A DNA stretch of 64,000 nt from an uncultured cyanobacterium (GCA_963740315.1 CAVUDP010000002.1:640001-704000); one strand, 5' to 3'; shown: positions 36,491 through 48,097, counted from the first letter of the stretch. Notes: generated by a model not told the origin, from the sequence alone. Program-made: numbers and translations.

Positions 36491-37945
36491 ATGAATAGAA
36501 TTTATAAGTTACTGCATTTAACCCCAAACAACCGTTATCAAAAACGATTCTTTCAATTTATCTCAATATTTCTTGTAGTTTCATTAACAATAATTGGTTG
36601 TAATAATACGGATATTCCTGAGTCTTCCTTGGTTGCGAATTCATCACAACATAAAAACACTTTAAATATTTGGTGGGACAAAGGCTTTAATCCTGAAGAA
36701 GATGAAGCACTGCGTCAGCTTGTTTATAACTGGGAAATTAAAACTGGTAAAAAAATAAATTTGGTTTTTTATACTACTGATTCTTTAGGGGAGAAAATTC
36801 GTAGATCCTTAAAAGCTGGCAATCCTCCTGATATTGTGATGAGTTTCAAAGCTGAGCGATCGCCAAATTATCGCTTGGCTTGGGATAATAAGTTGGTGGA
36901 TGTTTCTGATATTATCAACCCAATTAAAAATCTTTATCCAAAACCAATTTTACAAACAGTTAATTTTTATAACAACGTTGAGAAAAAACGGAGTTATTAT
37001 GCTGTCCCAATTCATCAGGGAACCATGCATATTTACTATTGGCGAGATTTATTAGCAGAAGTAAACCGCAGCGAGCAAGATATACCAAAGGAATGGGATG
37101 CTTTTTGGGATTTTTGGAAACAAGTTCAAGACGACTTGCGAGACAAAAATAAGTCTGATAATACATCCAAAATCTATAGTTTGGGTTTTACTCTATCACC
37201 AGAAGCTGGCGATACTTATTATTTATTTGAGCAAATTTTAGAAGCTTACGATGTGGAAATTATCAACAAAACAGGAAAACTGTTAATTGATGATGCGAAA
37301 GTACGTCAGGGCATTATCAAAGTATTAAATTGGTATCAGAACTTTTATCAGCAAGGTTATATTCCACCCGCAGCTTTAAAATGGTTAAATCCAGACAACA
37401 ACCGCAGCATATTGAATCGCGAGATAGTAATGACTCCCAATGCTACTCTTTCAATTCCTGTGGGGGTGCGTCAAGATACCGATATTTATAATAATAAGTT
37501 GGGTATTCTGGAATTTCCCAACAAACCAAGCGGTAAGCCGATGCGACATTTAACGATGGCTGAACAAGCTGCAATACTAACAGAATCGAAAAATCAGAAA
37601 TTGGCTAAAGACTTCTTGAAGTATGTAGTGCAAACTGAAGTGATGAAAGATTATCTGACAAAGGCAGGAGGGCGCAATTCACCAGTATTAGAAAGTGTTT
37701 GGCAAGATGATTTTTGGACGAATCCAAACGATCCACACATTTCATATGCTACAAAGACTTTTCGCGAAGGTGAAATTCGTTATTTTTATGTATCTCACAA
37801 TCCTGCTTACAGCCGAGTTTTAGATCGAAATGTCTGGGGTAAAGCAATTAACAGAGTTATTGTTGATAAAATTTCACCAGAGCAAGCAGTAGATGAAGCA
37901 ATTACCGAAATTAAGAACATTTATCAAGAATGGGAGAGAATGTAG
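36491..37945 (+). CDS. Sugar-type extracellular solute-binding lipoprotein
   Basis: Lipobox IIGC; WWDKGF, AGNPPDI, YYAVP, PKEWD. Confidence 0.85.
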   Translation: MNRIYKLLHLTPNNRYQKRFFQFISIFLVVSLTIIGCNNTDIPESSLVANSSQHKNTLNIWWDKGFNPEEDEALRQLVYNWEIKTGKKINLVFYTTDSLGEKIRRSLKAGNPPDIVMSFKAERSPNYRLAWDNKLVDVSDIINPIKNLYPKPILQTVNFYNNVEKKRSYYAVPIHQGTMHIYYWRDLLAEVNRSEQDIPKEWDAFWDFWKQVQDDLRDKNKSDNTSKIYSLGFTLSPEAGDTYYLFEQILEAYDVEIINKTGKLLIDDAKVRQGIIKVLNWYQNFYQQGYIPPAALKWLNPDNNRSILNREIVMTPNATLSIPVGVRQDTDIYNNKLGILEFPNKPSGKPMRHLTMAEQAAILTESKNQKLAKDFLKYVVQTEVMKDYLTKAGGRNSPVLESVWQDDFWTNPNDPHISYATKTFREGEIRYFYVSHNPAYSRVLDRNVWGKAINRVIVDKISPEQAVDEAITEIKNIYQEWERM

Positions 37946-38038
37946 AGGGGGAAGAGGGGGAAGAGGGGGAAGAGGGGGAAGATAATTATTAATTTCTAAC
38001 AACTAATAACTAACAACTAACAACTAACCTCTAATTGA

Positions 38039-40471
38039 ATGAAATTTTGGCAGCAACATTTAACAACTAAAATTGCGAGTTCTTTTTTATTGCTATCCCT
38101 TGTTACTGTTGGTGTAGTGGGAGGAGTGACATTTATCAATGCGCGGAATGCTCTTAAAGAAGCTGCTTTTGAACGCCTTAATGTTGCAGCAACGCTCAAA
38201 GAAAAAGAAATTAATCGTTGGTTTGATTTGCAGCGAGAAGATTTTATTTTTATAATTCAGTTTCCTGATGTCAGGGCAAGATTGGACGAGATTCTCAGTT
38301 CAAATGTATCTGAATCTGAATATCAAGCAGCTGATAAAGTTCTCACGGAGTACTTGCAAGAAATTAATAGTGTTAAATCGAATTTACAAGAAATTTATAT
38401 TCTCAATCGCAGTAATAAAATAATTATTTCTACTAATAAAAATCGTGAGGGTAAGTACGAGTCATTAGCTAATGTTAGTTATGTGGAAAAAGAGTGGAGT
38501 GGAAATAAATTTGCTCCAATTTTTTATAGTTCGCCAGACACGGGTAAACCCGCCGTTACTTTAGCAAAAACTTTACGCAACGATGCCGGAGTTCGTCAGG
38601 GAATTGTTTTAGCGAATCTTAATTTAGAGCGAATAGATGAAATCGTTAGGGAAGGTGCTGGCTTGGGTAAGAGTGGTGAAACTTATTTAATTGGTTCTTT
38701 GGGAAGAAGTAAAAAAACATTCATCTCTAAAGCAAATACTAGCAAGCAGGAAAATACTCAAGATATTAGTTCTCAAGGTATTGATTTAGCTATGGGTGGC
38801 ACTAGTGGTGCCAGAGAATATCGAAATTATGTAGGAAAATCTGTATTAGGAGAATATCGTTGGCTCAACGATCAAGACTTGGCATTGTTAGTGGAGATAA
38901 CCCAGCAAGAAGCATTTGCGCCAGCGCGTCAATTAGCAAATACAATTATGTTAATTGGTTTAGCATCAGCAGGGGTTTTATTATATGGTGTTTATTATTT
39001 ATCATTACAGTTAAGTATTTATCGCAAACGCTCGGAAAGTTACAGTCATCAATTGGAAGCAAAAGCGCAAGAAGCGGAAACTGCTAATCATGCTAAAAGC
39101 GAATTTTTGGCTAACATGAGTCATGAATTACGCACTCCTTTAAATGCAATCTTAGGTTTTGCACAGTTGATGAAGCGAGATAAAATGCTGTCTTCAGAAC
39201 AACGGGAATCTTTAGCAACTATTAACCGCAGCGGCGAACATTTGCTATCTTTAATTAATGATGTATTAGATATGTCAAAAATTGAAGCTCGGCGTACTGT
39301 TTTACATTCAGAACCTTTTAATTTATATCTTTTGTTGCAGACTCTTCAGGAAATGTTTCAACTCCGAGCAACTGCAAAAGGATTGTTTTTAAAGTTTGAT
39401 TTAGAATCTAATTTACCGATATGTACGATCGCTGATGAAGGTAAGCTGCGCCAAGTTTTAATTAATCTATTAGGTAATGCAATTAAATTTACCCAAACAG
39501 GGGGAGTAAGTTTAAGAGTCAGTTACCAATTAGCAAAAACTTCCCCCTTCAGCCAATCTATTCATTTCGAGGTAAAAGATACGGGAAGAGGTATTGCACA
39601 AGAAGAAATAGATAAAATTTTCGATCCGTTTGTACAAACTGCTAGCGGTATTCAAGCTAGAGGTGGTACTGGCTTGGGGCTTGCTATTAGTCGTCAATTT
39701 GTGCAGTTGATGGGTGGCAATATTTACGTTAGCAGCGTTTTGGGAGAAGGTTCGAGTTTCAGTTTTGATATTCAAGTTACTTTACCACAAACATCAGAAG
39801 AAGAATGTTCGGTAAAAAAACGGGTGTTAAAAATTGCGCCATCTCAACTTAATTATCGCATTCTTGTAGTCGATGACCGTTTAGAAAATCGCAATTTATT
39901 AACCAAGCTATTAGATACTGTTGGTTTTGATACTCGTATTGCCACAAATGGAAAAGAAGCGATCGCTCTATGGGAATCATGGCAACCGCACTTAATTTGG
40001 ATGGATATGCGGATGGCGATTATGGATGGTTATGAAGCTACAAAGCAGATTAAAGCCAAATCGAAAGATCGAAAGACGGTGGTAATTGCCTTAACTGCAA
40101 GCGCCTTTGAAGAACAACAATCAGCAATTTTCGCTGCTGGGTGTGACGATTTGGTTCGCAAGCCGTTTCAAGAGAAAGTGATTTTTGAGAAGATGAGTCA
40201 ATATTTGGGAGTTGAGTATATATATGAAGAAGATAATTTAGAATTGGATAATAAATTACCTGTTAATTCCACTATAAATTTAACTTCAAAAGAGCTTGGT
40301 GTAATGTCATTAGAGTGGGTAAATTCTTTGCATCAAGCTGCTTTAGAAGTAGATGCAGATTTAGTTTTACAGATAATTGAGCAGATTCCTGAAAAGCATC
40401 GAGCTTTAGCTGAAAAGTTGAGAAAATTGACATTACAATATGATTTTGATGCAATTATTGAAGTCAGTTAG
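38039..40471 (+). CDS. Hybrid histidine kinase (periplasmic Cache-like, HisKA, HATPase, REC)
   Basis: Two TM segments; [43 protein letters not shown]. Confidence 0.93.
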   Translation: MKFWQQHLTTKIASSFLLLSLVTVGVVGGVTFINARNALKEAAFERLNVAATLKEKEINRWFDLQREDFIFIIQFPDVRARLDEILSSNVSESEYQAADKVLTEYLQEINSVKSNLQEIYILNRSNKIIISTNKNREGKYESLANVSYVEKEWSGNKFAPIFYSSPDTGKPAVTLAKTLRNDAGVRQGIVLANLNLERIDEIVREGAGLGKSGETYLIGSLGRSKKTFISKANTSKQENTQDISSQGIDLAMGGTSGAREYRNYVGKSVLGEYRWLNDQDLALLVEITQQEAFAPARQLANTIMLIGLASAGVLLYGVYYLSLQLSIYRKRSESYSHQLEAKAQEAETANHAKSEFLANMSHELRTPLNAILGFAQLMKRDKMLSSEQRESLATINRSGEHLLSLINDVLDMSKIEARRTVLHSEPFNLYLLLQTLQEMFQLRATAKGLFLKFDLESNLPICTIADEGKLRQVLINLLGNAIKFTQTGGVSLRVSYQLAKTSPFSQSIHFEVKDTGRGIAQEEIDKIFDPFVQTASGIQARGGTGLGLAISRQFVQLMGGNIYVSSVLGEGSSFSFDIQVTLPQTSEEECSVKKRVLKIAPSQLNYRILVVDDRLENRNLLTKLLDTVGFDTRIATNGKEAIALWESWQPHLIWMDMRMAIMDGYEATKQIKAKSKDRKTVVIALTASAFEEQQSAIFAAGCDDLVRKPFQEKVIFEKMSQYLGVEYIYEEDNLELDNKLPVNSTINLTSKELGVMSLEWVNSLHQAALEVDADLVLQIIEQIPEKHRALAEKLRKLTLQYDFDAIIEVS

Positions 40472-40527
40472 CAGTTATATTTAAAAACAAATGGTTATTT
40501 CTCTTGTTAAGGGTAGCATCAGCTAAT

Positions 40528-40571
40528 TTCTCGATTTATTCCCGATTTATTCTCTAGTTATTCTCGATGAT
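40528..40571 (+). promoter_or_regulatory. Four 11-bp direct repeats, putative OmpR-type operator
   Basis: TTCTCGATTTA TTCCCGATTTA TTCTCTAGTTA TTCTCGATGAT; recurs at 41165 and 41680. Confidence 0.65.
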
Positions 40572-40631
40572 TGTTTAATTTAAGATTAGTTTCTCAGATA
40601 GGGAAACATCAAATTGAATTAAAGAAAAATC

Positions 40632-41084
40632 ATGAAATTTAATCTTAGACAAACAATCTGTACGTTCGGTAGCGCGGTTGCAATAACTGCCTTTTTTTCT
40701 AATGCTGCTTATGCTATACAACGTACTTGTAATGGAGCTTATGAAGCTGAATACAAGACTGCATCGGGTCAAACTGGGAAATTAGTTTTTGGTGGATTTG
40801 AAGCTACAAGGGGTTGCGGTAGAGCTGTTCCTAATAGATGTCGCGATCGCGCTAGGAATGCCTTACTTAAATGTATGGATAGACATCATTTTGAAAATAC
40901 TTCGGCTCCTCCTTTGGAGTGTAAGACAGATGGCGTAAAAAATTATCCTTACAATCTTAAAATCGCCAGTAAAATTTTCCAAGACGTAGCTAAAGTAAGT
41001 GGTGGTCAGCTACCAACAAAAGTATTTGCTGTTTCCAAGGGACAACGAGTTTGTAATACTAAAAAGGTTCTATTCCCTCGGTAA
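40632..41084 (+). CDS. Small secreted Cys-rich hypothetical protein
   Basis: Signal peptide ending AYA; six Cys in the mature part. Confidence 0.75.
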   Translation: MKFNLRQTICTFGSAVAITAFFSNAAYAIQRTCNGAYEAEYKTASGQTGKLVFGGFEATRGCGRAVPNRCRDRARNALLKCMDRHHFENTSAPPLECKTDGVKNYPYNLKIASKIFQDVAKVSGGQLPTKVFAVSKGQRVCNTKKVLFPR

Positions 41085-41164
41085 TTTGTAAGCATACAAG
41101 GAAATTTTGGTTTGTAGTAAGCGCTAAGAGGACTAAAGTCCTTACTACGAACTTTTTAACAAGT

Positions 41165-41186
41165 TTCTCTAGTTATTCTCGATTGA
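41165..41186 (+). promoter_or_regulatory. Second copy of the 11-bp-periodic motif
   Basis: TTCTCTAGTTA TTCTCGATTGA upstream of 41261. Confidence 0.65.
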
Positions 41187-41260
41187 TTTCTATATTCAAT
41201 CTAGTTCGGTTTGGAAATAGCTAAAACAAAGTAGACAACATATAATCAGAGGGAAAAACA

Positions 41261-41665
41261 ATGAATAAAGCTTTACTGCTATCTTTAAGTGCATTTTCTG
41301 CAATCAGCCAGTTTAGCGTTACTGGTATTAATCCGGCGACAGCACAAACTGCATATACAATGGTTTGCCGGGGTGGTGGCAATATGAAGTCTTATTACGG
41401 TCAGAAAACTAACTTTCACGAACTTGATATATACTTTTCTAAAGCCGCTAAAGGTTCTGGTGAAACTTCACCTAAAGCTGGTAATTGTGCATGGGTAGAC
41501 CGTGGTATTGGCAACAATGAACCTTCTAAACTGCGTTGGCAACCGAAGCAATTTGATGATAGTACTATTTCGCTTTTAAGGTCTGTAGGTTCCGATAAAT
41601 TATTTTACATCCGCACCTATAACGTTAACGGTAGTTACTTTAAGATTGTTAAAGTTGGTCCCTAG
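41261..41665 (+). CDS. Small secreted hypothetical protein
   Basis: Signal peptide ending ATA; MVCRGGG...AGNCAWVDRGI; GAGGG ribosome-binding site. Confidence 0.75.
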   Translation: MNKALLLSLSAFSAISQFSVTGINPATAQTAYTMVCRGGGNMKSYYGQKTNFHELDIYFSKAAKGSGETSPKAGNCAWVDRGIGNNEPSKLRWQPKQFDDSTISLLRSVGSDKLFYIRTYNVNGSYFKIVKVGP

Positions 41666-41679
41666 AAAAATTTTGAATC

Positions 41680-41701
41680 TTCCCTAGTTCTTCTCGATTG
41701 C
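41680..41701 (+). promoter_or_regulatory. Third copy of the 11-bp-periodic motif
   Basis: TTCCCTAGTTC TTCTCGATTGC upstream of the response regulator. Confidence 0.6.
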
Positions 41702-41824
41702 TTGCTAATCTAGCTGACAATATGCTTCTTGCAGTAGATTATAGAGACGTGATGTATCACGTCTCTACAAGCTTTTCCTTCTCTCAAACAAAGAATTGAT
41801 GATTTTTGAATTTTGAATTAAAAA

Positions 41825-44050
41825 ATGCGTATCCTACTTTTAGAAGATGACGAAGTTTTATCAGATGTGTTGGTGAAGTCTTTGACTCATCAACATTACG
41901 TTGTAGATGCGGTTGAGGATGGTGAAAGTGGATATGAATACGCGACTAACGGTAATTACGAACTGATTTTGATGGATATAGGATTACCGTTATTAGATGG
42001 TATTACTTTGTGTCAGCGGTTGCGTGAGTACGGTTGTTCTACACCCATTTTACTGATGACTGCAAAAAATGTAAATGCGGAGCGAATTCGCGGTTTGGAT
42101 GCGGGTGCTGATGATTACTTAAACAAGCCTTTGGATTTAGATGAACTTCATGCCAGAATTCGGGCTTTGTTGCGTCGGGGAGAAGTTTCGCCAACAACAA
42201 TTTTGTCTGTGGGTGAATTATCTTTAAACCCCAGTACGGCTAAGGTAAAGTACGGCGATCGAGAATTAAAAATAACACCAAAAGAATACAATTTATTAGA
42301 ACTATTTTTACGAAATCCTTCGCGGGTTTACAGTCGTACCCAAATTGTCGATCATCTTTGGAATTTTGACGATCCACCTTTGGAAGAAAGCGTCAAGGCG
42401 CATATTAAAGGATTACGGCAAAAGTTGAAGAAAGCGGGGGCTGTTGATTGGATTGAAAATGTTTATGGTTTGGGATACCGTCTCAATCCTCAAAAAACGG
42501 AGTCAATTGAGCAACAGTATCGCGGTACTGTTGATAAATTGTGGCAACAATATCAAGATGTCATGGTTAAAAGAATGACAGTTTTGCAAACAGCCGCGAT
42601 CGCAGTCAAATCTGGAAAACTAACTAAGGAATTGCAAAAGTCAGCAGAGAAAGAAGCCCATAAACTCGCGGGAGTTTTAGGAATGTTTGGGCGGGAAACT
42701 GGAACTCAGTTGGCAAGGGAAATTGAGGAGTTACTTTCACAAGATAGTTATGCTTGCAATAAGTTACCGTATTTAGTACAACAATTAGATGAACTTCTGG
42801 CTTTATCGATAGGTGATGCTGATTCTACAGATACGGCAGGGTTACTATTAATTGATTATAATTTGCAATTAGGGGCAAAATTACAACAACTTGCATCAAG
42901 TCAGGGGAGTTGGTACCAAGTTAAAAATATTCAGTTAGCTCAAGAATGGTTGCAAAGTCATTCACCTGATTTAGTTGTATTGAGTGTAGATGGAGCAATT
43001 AAACCCCAGGATTTGAGACTTATTGCTAATTTAGCGGCACGTACACCCGCAATTTCTGTAATAGTTATTGCAGAATTAGATGATTTGGATTACCGCGTGA
43101 AAGTAGCGCAGGCTGGGGGATGTGGCTTTTTAGTTAAGCCGAATGCAACTCAAATATGGGATTTTTGTAACGAGCAACTACAACGCGATAGAGCCAGCAA
43201 AGCCGATCGCAATCTTGCCCCCTCGTTGTTAGTCGTAGATGACGATGGGATGTTTTTATCTGCGTTACGTGGGTTATTGTCACCTTGGGGAATCAAATTT
43301 ACGAGTTTGGAAAATCCCAGACGTTTTTGGGAAGTATTAGAGTCAGTAAACCCAGATTTACTGATTTTAGATGTAGAAATGCCAGAAATCGGCGGAATCG
43401 AACTTTGTCGAGCAGTACGTACCGAGCAAAAATGGCAAACTTTACCGATATTGTTTCTGACTTCCCATCGCGACGGGGAAACAATCGAAAAAGTGTTTGC
43501 TGCGGGGGCTGATGATTATGTAAGCAAGCCTGTTGTGGGAGCGGAATTGTTAACTAGAATTACCAATCGTTTGGAAAGAAACCGTTTGTTAAGGACGATT
43601 TCAACAAAAGACTCGCAAACTGGAATTAGTAATTATAGAGAATCAAAAAGCAATTTAGAGAACTTATTTAGTCAAAGTCAACAGAGTAATATTTCTGTTT
43701 GTCTGGCAATTTTAAGTGTCGTAGAATTAAGTAAACTCAACTTTGAGTACGGTCATAATATAGGCGATCGAGTATTACAAAGATGGGGAAAATTAATCCA
43801 AAAAGTGTTTCGCGGTGGCGAAGTGTTAGGATACTGGGGAAATGGAGAATTTATCGTAGGGATGGCGCGATTGAACAAAGTACAAGCAAAAGAACGTGTT
43901 AGTGAAATTCTTACCATCCTCAGACAACAGATATTTACAGCATCCGATGGAACTCGATTTCAAGTAGCATGTAATTGTAAAGTTGTAGAATATCCCGCCG
44001 ACGGAAAAACAATACATTCTTTATATCAAGCTTTGACAATTATTAATTAA
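41825..44050 (+). CDS. Multidomain response regulator: REC-wHTH(OmpR)-Hpt-REC-REC-degenerate GGDEF (RcaC-like architecture)
   Basis: MRILLLEDD; TPKEYNLLELF...IENVYGLGY; AHKLAGVLG (Hpt); LLVVDDD..ILDVEMP; YWGNGEF in place of GGDEF. Confidence 0.9.
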   Translation: MRILLLEDDEVLSDVLVKSLTHQHYVVDAVEDGESGYEYATNGNYELILMDIGLPLLDGITLCQRLREYGCSTPILLMTAKNVNAERIRGLDAGADDYLNKPLDLDELHARIRALLRRGEVSPTTILSVGELSLNPSTAKVKYGDRELKITPKEYNLLELFLRNPSRVYSRTQIVDHLWNFDDPPLEESVKAHIKGLRQKLKKAGAVDWIENVYGLGYRLNPQKTESIEQQYRGTVDKLWQQYQDVMVKRMTVLQTAAIAVKSGKLTKELQKSAEKEAHKLAGVLGMFGRETGTQLAREIEELLSQDSYACNKLPYLVQQLDELLALSIGDADSTDTAGLLLIDYNLQLGAKLQQLASSQGSWYQVKNIQLAQEWLQSHSPDLVVLSVDGAIKPQDLRLIANLAARTPAISVIVIAELDDLDYRVKVAQAGGCGFLVKPNATQIWDFCNEQLQRDRASKADRNLAPSLLVVDDDGMFLSALRGLLSPWGIKFTSLENPRRFWEVLESVNPDLLILDVEMPEIGGIELCRAVRTEQKWQTLPILFLTSHRDGETIEKVFAAGADDYVSKPVVGAELLTRITNRLERNRLLRTISTKDSQTGISNYRESKSNLENLFSQSQQSNISVCLAILSVVELSKLNFEYGHNIGDRVLQRWGKLIQKVFRGGEVLGYWGNGEFIVGMARLNKVQAKERVSEILTILRQQIFTASDGTRFQVACNCKVVEYPADGKTIHSLYQALTIIN

Positions 44051-44088
44051 CAATTAACAATTATCAATATTGCCTACTCACCGATTAA

Positions 44089-46530
44089 ATGGACAATGAA
44101 TTGATAAAGGAAGAAAATCATCTGTATCGTCTTCTGAGTCGCAACAATGCTTTATTAAAAGCGCAACAAGATGCGGCACTTGACGGTATTTTGGTTGTAG
44201 ATGAAAATCGGCAAGTTGTTTCCTACAATCAGCACTTTTGTAAATTATGGCAAATACCAGAAGATGCGATCGGTGAAGGTAGTTCGCCTAAATTATTGGC
44301 TTATGTATTAACTCAATTACAATCACCAGAATCGTTTTTAGAAAAAGTAAATTATCTTTACGAACATCCCGCAGAAATTAGTCGAGACGAAATATATTTT
44401 AAAGACGGACGAATTTACGATCGTTATTCTAGTCCAATTAAATTAAGTAGTAGAGAATATTGCGGTAGAATTTGGTATTTTCGAGATGTTACCGAACGTC
44501 AGCGAAGAGAAGAAGCTTTAAGATTAATTGTTGAAGGAACTACTACGCAAGTTGGCAGCGAGTTTTTTCGTTCTTGCGTGCGTTCTTTAGCAACTATTTT
44601 AAGAATGCGTTATGCTCTAATCGCCGAATTTTGTTCCGAGTCAAAAGATAAAGTACGTACCTTAGCTTTTTGGACGGGAGAAGAATTTGGCGAAAATTTT
44701 GAGTATGATTTACCACCTACTCCTTGCGGACAATTAATGAATGGAGAAATGCGGAGATATAGCAATTCCGTTCAAAGTTTGTTTCCTCAAGATCCATATT
44801 TAATCTGTTTTGGTGCCGAAAGTTATATTGGTATTCCTTTAATCGATAAAAATGGCACAATTATCGGTTTAATCGCAGCTTTGGATACGAAACCATTACC
44901 AGAAAATACAGAAACAGAAGAATCGATCTTAAAAATTTTCGCTGCAAGAACCGGGGCGGAATTAGAAAGAAGAAATTTAGAAACAGCTTTATTAAAACAG
45001 ATTGAACGAGAAGCTTTGTTAAATCAAATTACTCAGAAAATTCGTAATAGCTTAGATAGCCAACAAATTTTTCAAACCACAGTTAATCAAGTTGGTAAAA
45101 TATTTGGCGTTAGTCGCTGTCACATTCATACTTATATTAATTCTCCTCAACAGCAAATACCATTAGTAGCTGAATATCGTCACCCCCATTACTCTTCAAT
45201 GTTGGGAATTAATATTCCTATAAATGGCAATCCTCACGCTCAAAAAGTTTTAAAACAAGATACAGCTTGTCCCGCACCCGATATTTATCAAGAACCTTTA
45301 TTGCAGCCAGTTCAAGATATTTGTAGCCAATGGGAAGTACAATCACTATTATCAGTAAGGACTTCTTATCAAGGAAAAGCTAATGGATTAATCGTTTTAC
45401 ATCAGTGCGATCGCATTCGTGATTGGACAAAAGATGAAATTAAAATTTTAGAAGCAGTCGCCGCACAAGTAGGTATTGCATTAGCCCAAGCTAGACTTTT
45501 GGAACTAGAAAAAGCAAACGCCAAGCTTTTACAAGTAGCAAAAAACCAAGCCGAAGCAGCCAACCACGCCAAAAGCATATTTATCGCAAATATGAGTCAT
45601 GAATTGCGAACTCCTTTGAATGCAATAATTGGCTTTTCTGGATTAATGCAGCAAAATTCTGCACTTAGCGCTCAACAACAAGAATATTTAAGAATTATCA
45701 ACCGTAGCGGCAAGTCTCTTTTAAATTTAATTAACGATGTCTTGGAAATATCAAAAATCGATGCCGGACAAACTATATTAAATTCAGCTTCTTTAGATTT
45801 ACATAGTTTATTACAAACCTTGTGGTCAACTTTTCAACCCCAAGCCGAAATCAAACATTTATCGCTGCAATTTGATTTACCCCCCGATTTACCCCAACAT
45901 ATTTTGTGTGACGAAAGTAAACTCAAACAAGTTTTATCAAATTTGTTAAGTAATGCCATCAAATTCACCGACAATGGAAGAGTTATTTTAAAAGTTTTTT
46001 TCACCCCCTCTACCCCCTCCAATACCCAAATTTATTTTCAAGTAGAAGACACCGGATACGGTATCGCTTCCGAAGAAATAGACAAACTATTCCAGCCTTT
46101 TGTTCAAACAGTTAAAGGCAATCAAGCAGGAAATGGTACTGGTTTAGGATTAGCAATTAGCCATGAATTTGTACAGTTGATGGGGGGAAATTTAGAAGTA
46201 AAAACTACTCAAGGAGAAGGCAGTATTTTTTACTTTGATATCACCGTTAATTTACTAGAAACCGGCTCTATAGGAACTCAAACATCAGTAGTTTATTTAT
46301 TAGAAGATTTACAAGAAGAGGTGACGAGTCAAAATCTCAAAATCATGTCTTCCGAATGGATAGCCAGCTTACATCAAGCAGCAATTGAAGTTGATGCCGA
46401 TACAGTTTTTCGACTGATTGAACAAATTCCCAATCAATACCAAGTTTTAGCAGAGAAACTGACAATATTAACTCGTAACTATGACTTTGATGCAATTATT
46501 GCCTTAAGTCGAGGGGATGAAAATGTTTGA
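44089..46530 (+). CDS. PAS-GAF-GAF histidine kinase
   Basis: [15 protein letters not shown] (PAS); two GAF domains; [18 protein letters not shown]. Confidence 0.92.
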   Translation: MDNELIKEENHLYRLLSRNNALLKAQQDAALDGILVVDENRQVVSYNQHFCKLWQIPEDAIGEGSSPKLLAYVLTQLQSPESFLEKVNYLYEHPAEISRDEIYFKDGRIYDRYSSPIKLSSREYCGRIWYFRDVTERQRREEALRLIVEGTTTQVGSEFFRSCVRSLATILRMRYALIAEFCSESKDKVRTLAFWTGEEFGENFEYDLPPTPCGQLMNGEMRRYSNSVQSLFPQDPYLICFGAESYIGIPLIDKNGTIIGLIAALDTKPLPENTETEESILKIFAARTGAELERRNLETALLKQIEREALLNQITQKIRNSLDSQQIFQTTVNQVGKIFGVSRCHIHTYINSPQQQIPLVAEYRHPHYSSMLGINIPINGNPHAQKVLKQDTACPAPDIYQEPLLQPVQDICSQWEVQSLLSVRTSYQGKANGLIVLHQCDRIRDWTKDEIKILEAVAAQVGIALAQARLLELEKANAKLLQVAKNQAEAANHAKSIFIANMSHELRTPLNAIIGFSGLMQQNSALSAQQQEYLRIINRSGKSLLNLINDVLEISKIDAGQTILNSASLDLHSLLQTLWSTFQPQAEIKHLSLQFDLPPDLPQHILCDESKLKQVLSNLLSNAIKFTDNGRVILKVFFTPSTPSNTQIYFQVEDTGYGIASEEIDKLFQPFVQTVKGNQAGNGTGLGLAISHEFVQLMGGNLEVKTTQGEGSIFYFDITVNLLETGSIGTQTSVVYLLEDLQEEVTSQNLKIMSSEWIASLHQAAIEVDADTVFRLIEQIPNQYQVLAEKLTILTRNYDFDAIIALSRGDENV

Positions 46531-48034
46531 AATTGCAACCAACATCAAAGCAGATATTTTAGTCATTGACGACACTCCAGAAAACTTAGCACTACTGTCG
46601 CAAATACTCAAAGATAAAGGATATAAAGTTCGCAGCGTAACCAAACCTTCTACAGGTTTGCGAGGAGCGAAAGCCGCACCTCCCGATTTAATTTTGCTTG
46701 ATGTCAAAATGCCGGAAATGAACGGTTATGAAGTATGTCAACATTTGAAAGCAGATGAAATTACCCGCGATATTCCTGTAATTTTTATCAGTGCCTTGGG
46801 AGATGTGTTAGATAAAGTCAAAGCCTTTGAAGTTGGCGGTGTCGATTATATTACCAAACCCTTGCAAGTAGAAGAAGTTTTAGCGCGGATAGAAACCCAT
46901 TTAACAATCAGACGACTGCAACAGCAACTTCAAACTAATAATAGACAGCTACAACAGGAAATATCAGAAAAAACCGCAGCAGAAGAAAAGTTTGCTAAAG
47001 CCTTTCGTTTGAGTCCAAATCCAATCGCGATCGCAACTCTGGCAGAAAATCGTTTTATCGATATCAACCGCAGTTTTCTAGAAATGAGTGGTTATTCTCA
47101 AGTAGAAATTGTGGAAAAATCTGCTACTAACCTCAATCTTTGGATCAACCCTCAAGTCTATAAAGATTTAGTCAAAATATTACTACAAAATGGCTTTTCA
47201 CACAATCAAGAATGTCAAATTCGTACCAAAAAAGGCGAAATAAAAACAGTTTTACTTTCTATGGAATTAATCGAACTTGATGGCGTTGCTTGTACTTTAA
47301 ATATGATCAACGATATTACCGAACGCAAGCGTTTAGAAGATGAATTTATTTCTTTAGTAAGTCATGAACTACGCACGCCAATGAATTCAATAATCGGCGC
47401 TTTAGATTTGTTGAATACCCAGCAATTAGGAACTTTAAACGATAAAGGAAAGCAAATTATTAATATTGCCATAAATAACACCGAACGTCTGATCCGCTTA
47501 GTAAATGACATTCTCGATTTAGAGCGGATAAAATCGGGTAAAATAGCCATGCAGCCCTCAAAATATAATGCTTCGGAATTATTAATTCAAGCAGCCCAAA
47601 CAATGCAATCAATGGCATATACAGCCCAAATTACTTTAAATGTAGAACCGATTTCAGTTGAGATTATTGTAGATTCAGACCGAATTTTGCAAGCTTTAAC
47701 TAACTTATTAAGTAATGCGATAAAATTTTCCGAACCTGGTAAAACCGTGTGGTTGCGTAGTATTATAAAATCAGAATATTTGCAAATAGAAGTCCAAGAT
47801 ACAGGAAGAGGAATTCCCCCCGACAAACTACAGTTAATCTTTGAACGTTTCCAACAAGTAGACGCTTCCGACTCCCGCAGCAAAGGCGGTACCGGCTTAG
47901 GGCTTCCCATTTGTCGCCGCATCATCGAACAACATCACGGACGAATTTGGGTAGAAAGTATTTTTGGTAAAGGAAGCACTTTTTGTATTCAGTTACCTTT
48001 AATTGATAAGGAAGGGGTAATGGGTAATGGGTAA
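46517..48034 (+). CDS. REC-PAS-histidine kinase
   Basis: [37 protein letters not shown]. Start may be ATG 46523. Confidence 0.92.
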   Translation: MKMFEIATNIKADILVIDDTPENLALLSQILKDKGYKVRSVTKPSTGLRGAKAAPPDLILLDVKMPEMNGYEVCQHLKADEITRDIPVIFISALGDVLDKVKAFEVGGVDYITKPLQVEEVLARIETHLTIRRLQQQLQTNNRQLQQEISEKTAAEEKFAKAFRLSPNPIAIATLAENRFIDINRSFLEMSGYSQVEIVEKSATNLNLWINPQVYKDLVKILLQNGFSHNQECQIRTKKGEIKTVLLSMELIELDGVACTLNMINDITERKRLEDEFISLVSHELRTPMNSIIGALDLLNTQQLGTLNDKGKQIINIAINNTERLIRLVNDILDLERIKSGKIAMQPSKYNASELLIQAAQTMQSMAYTAQITLNVEPISVEIIVDSDRILQALTNLLSNAIKFSEPGKTVWLRSIIKSEYLQIEVQDTGRGIPPDKLQLIFERFQQVDASDSRSKGGTGLGLPICRRIIEQHHGRIWVESIFGKGSTFCIQLPLIDKEGVMGNG

Positions 48035-48097
48035 TTTACGCGAGTTTTTTCAAAAATCTACGGATTAGTCCTATAGTTGATAATTGATAATTGATTT

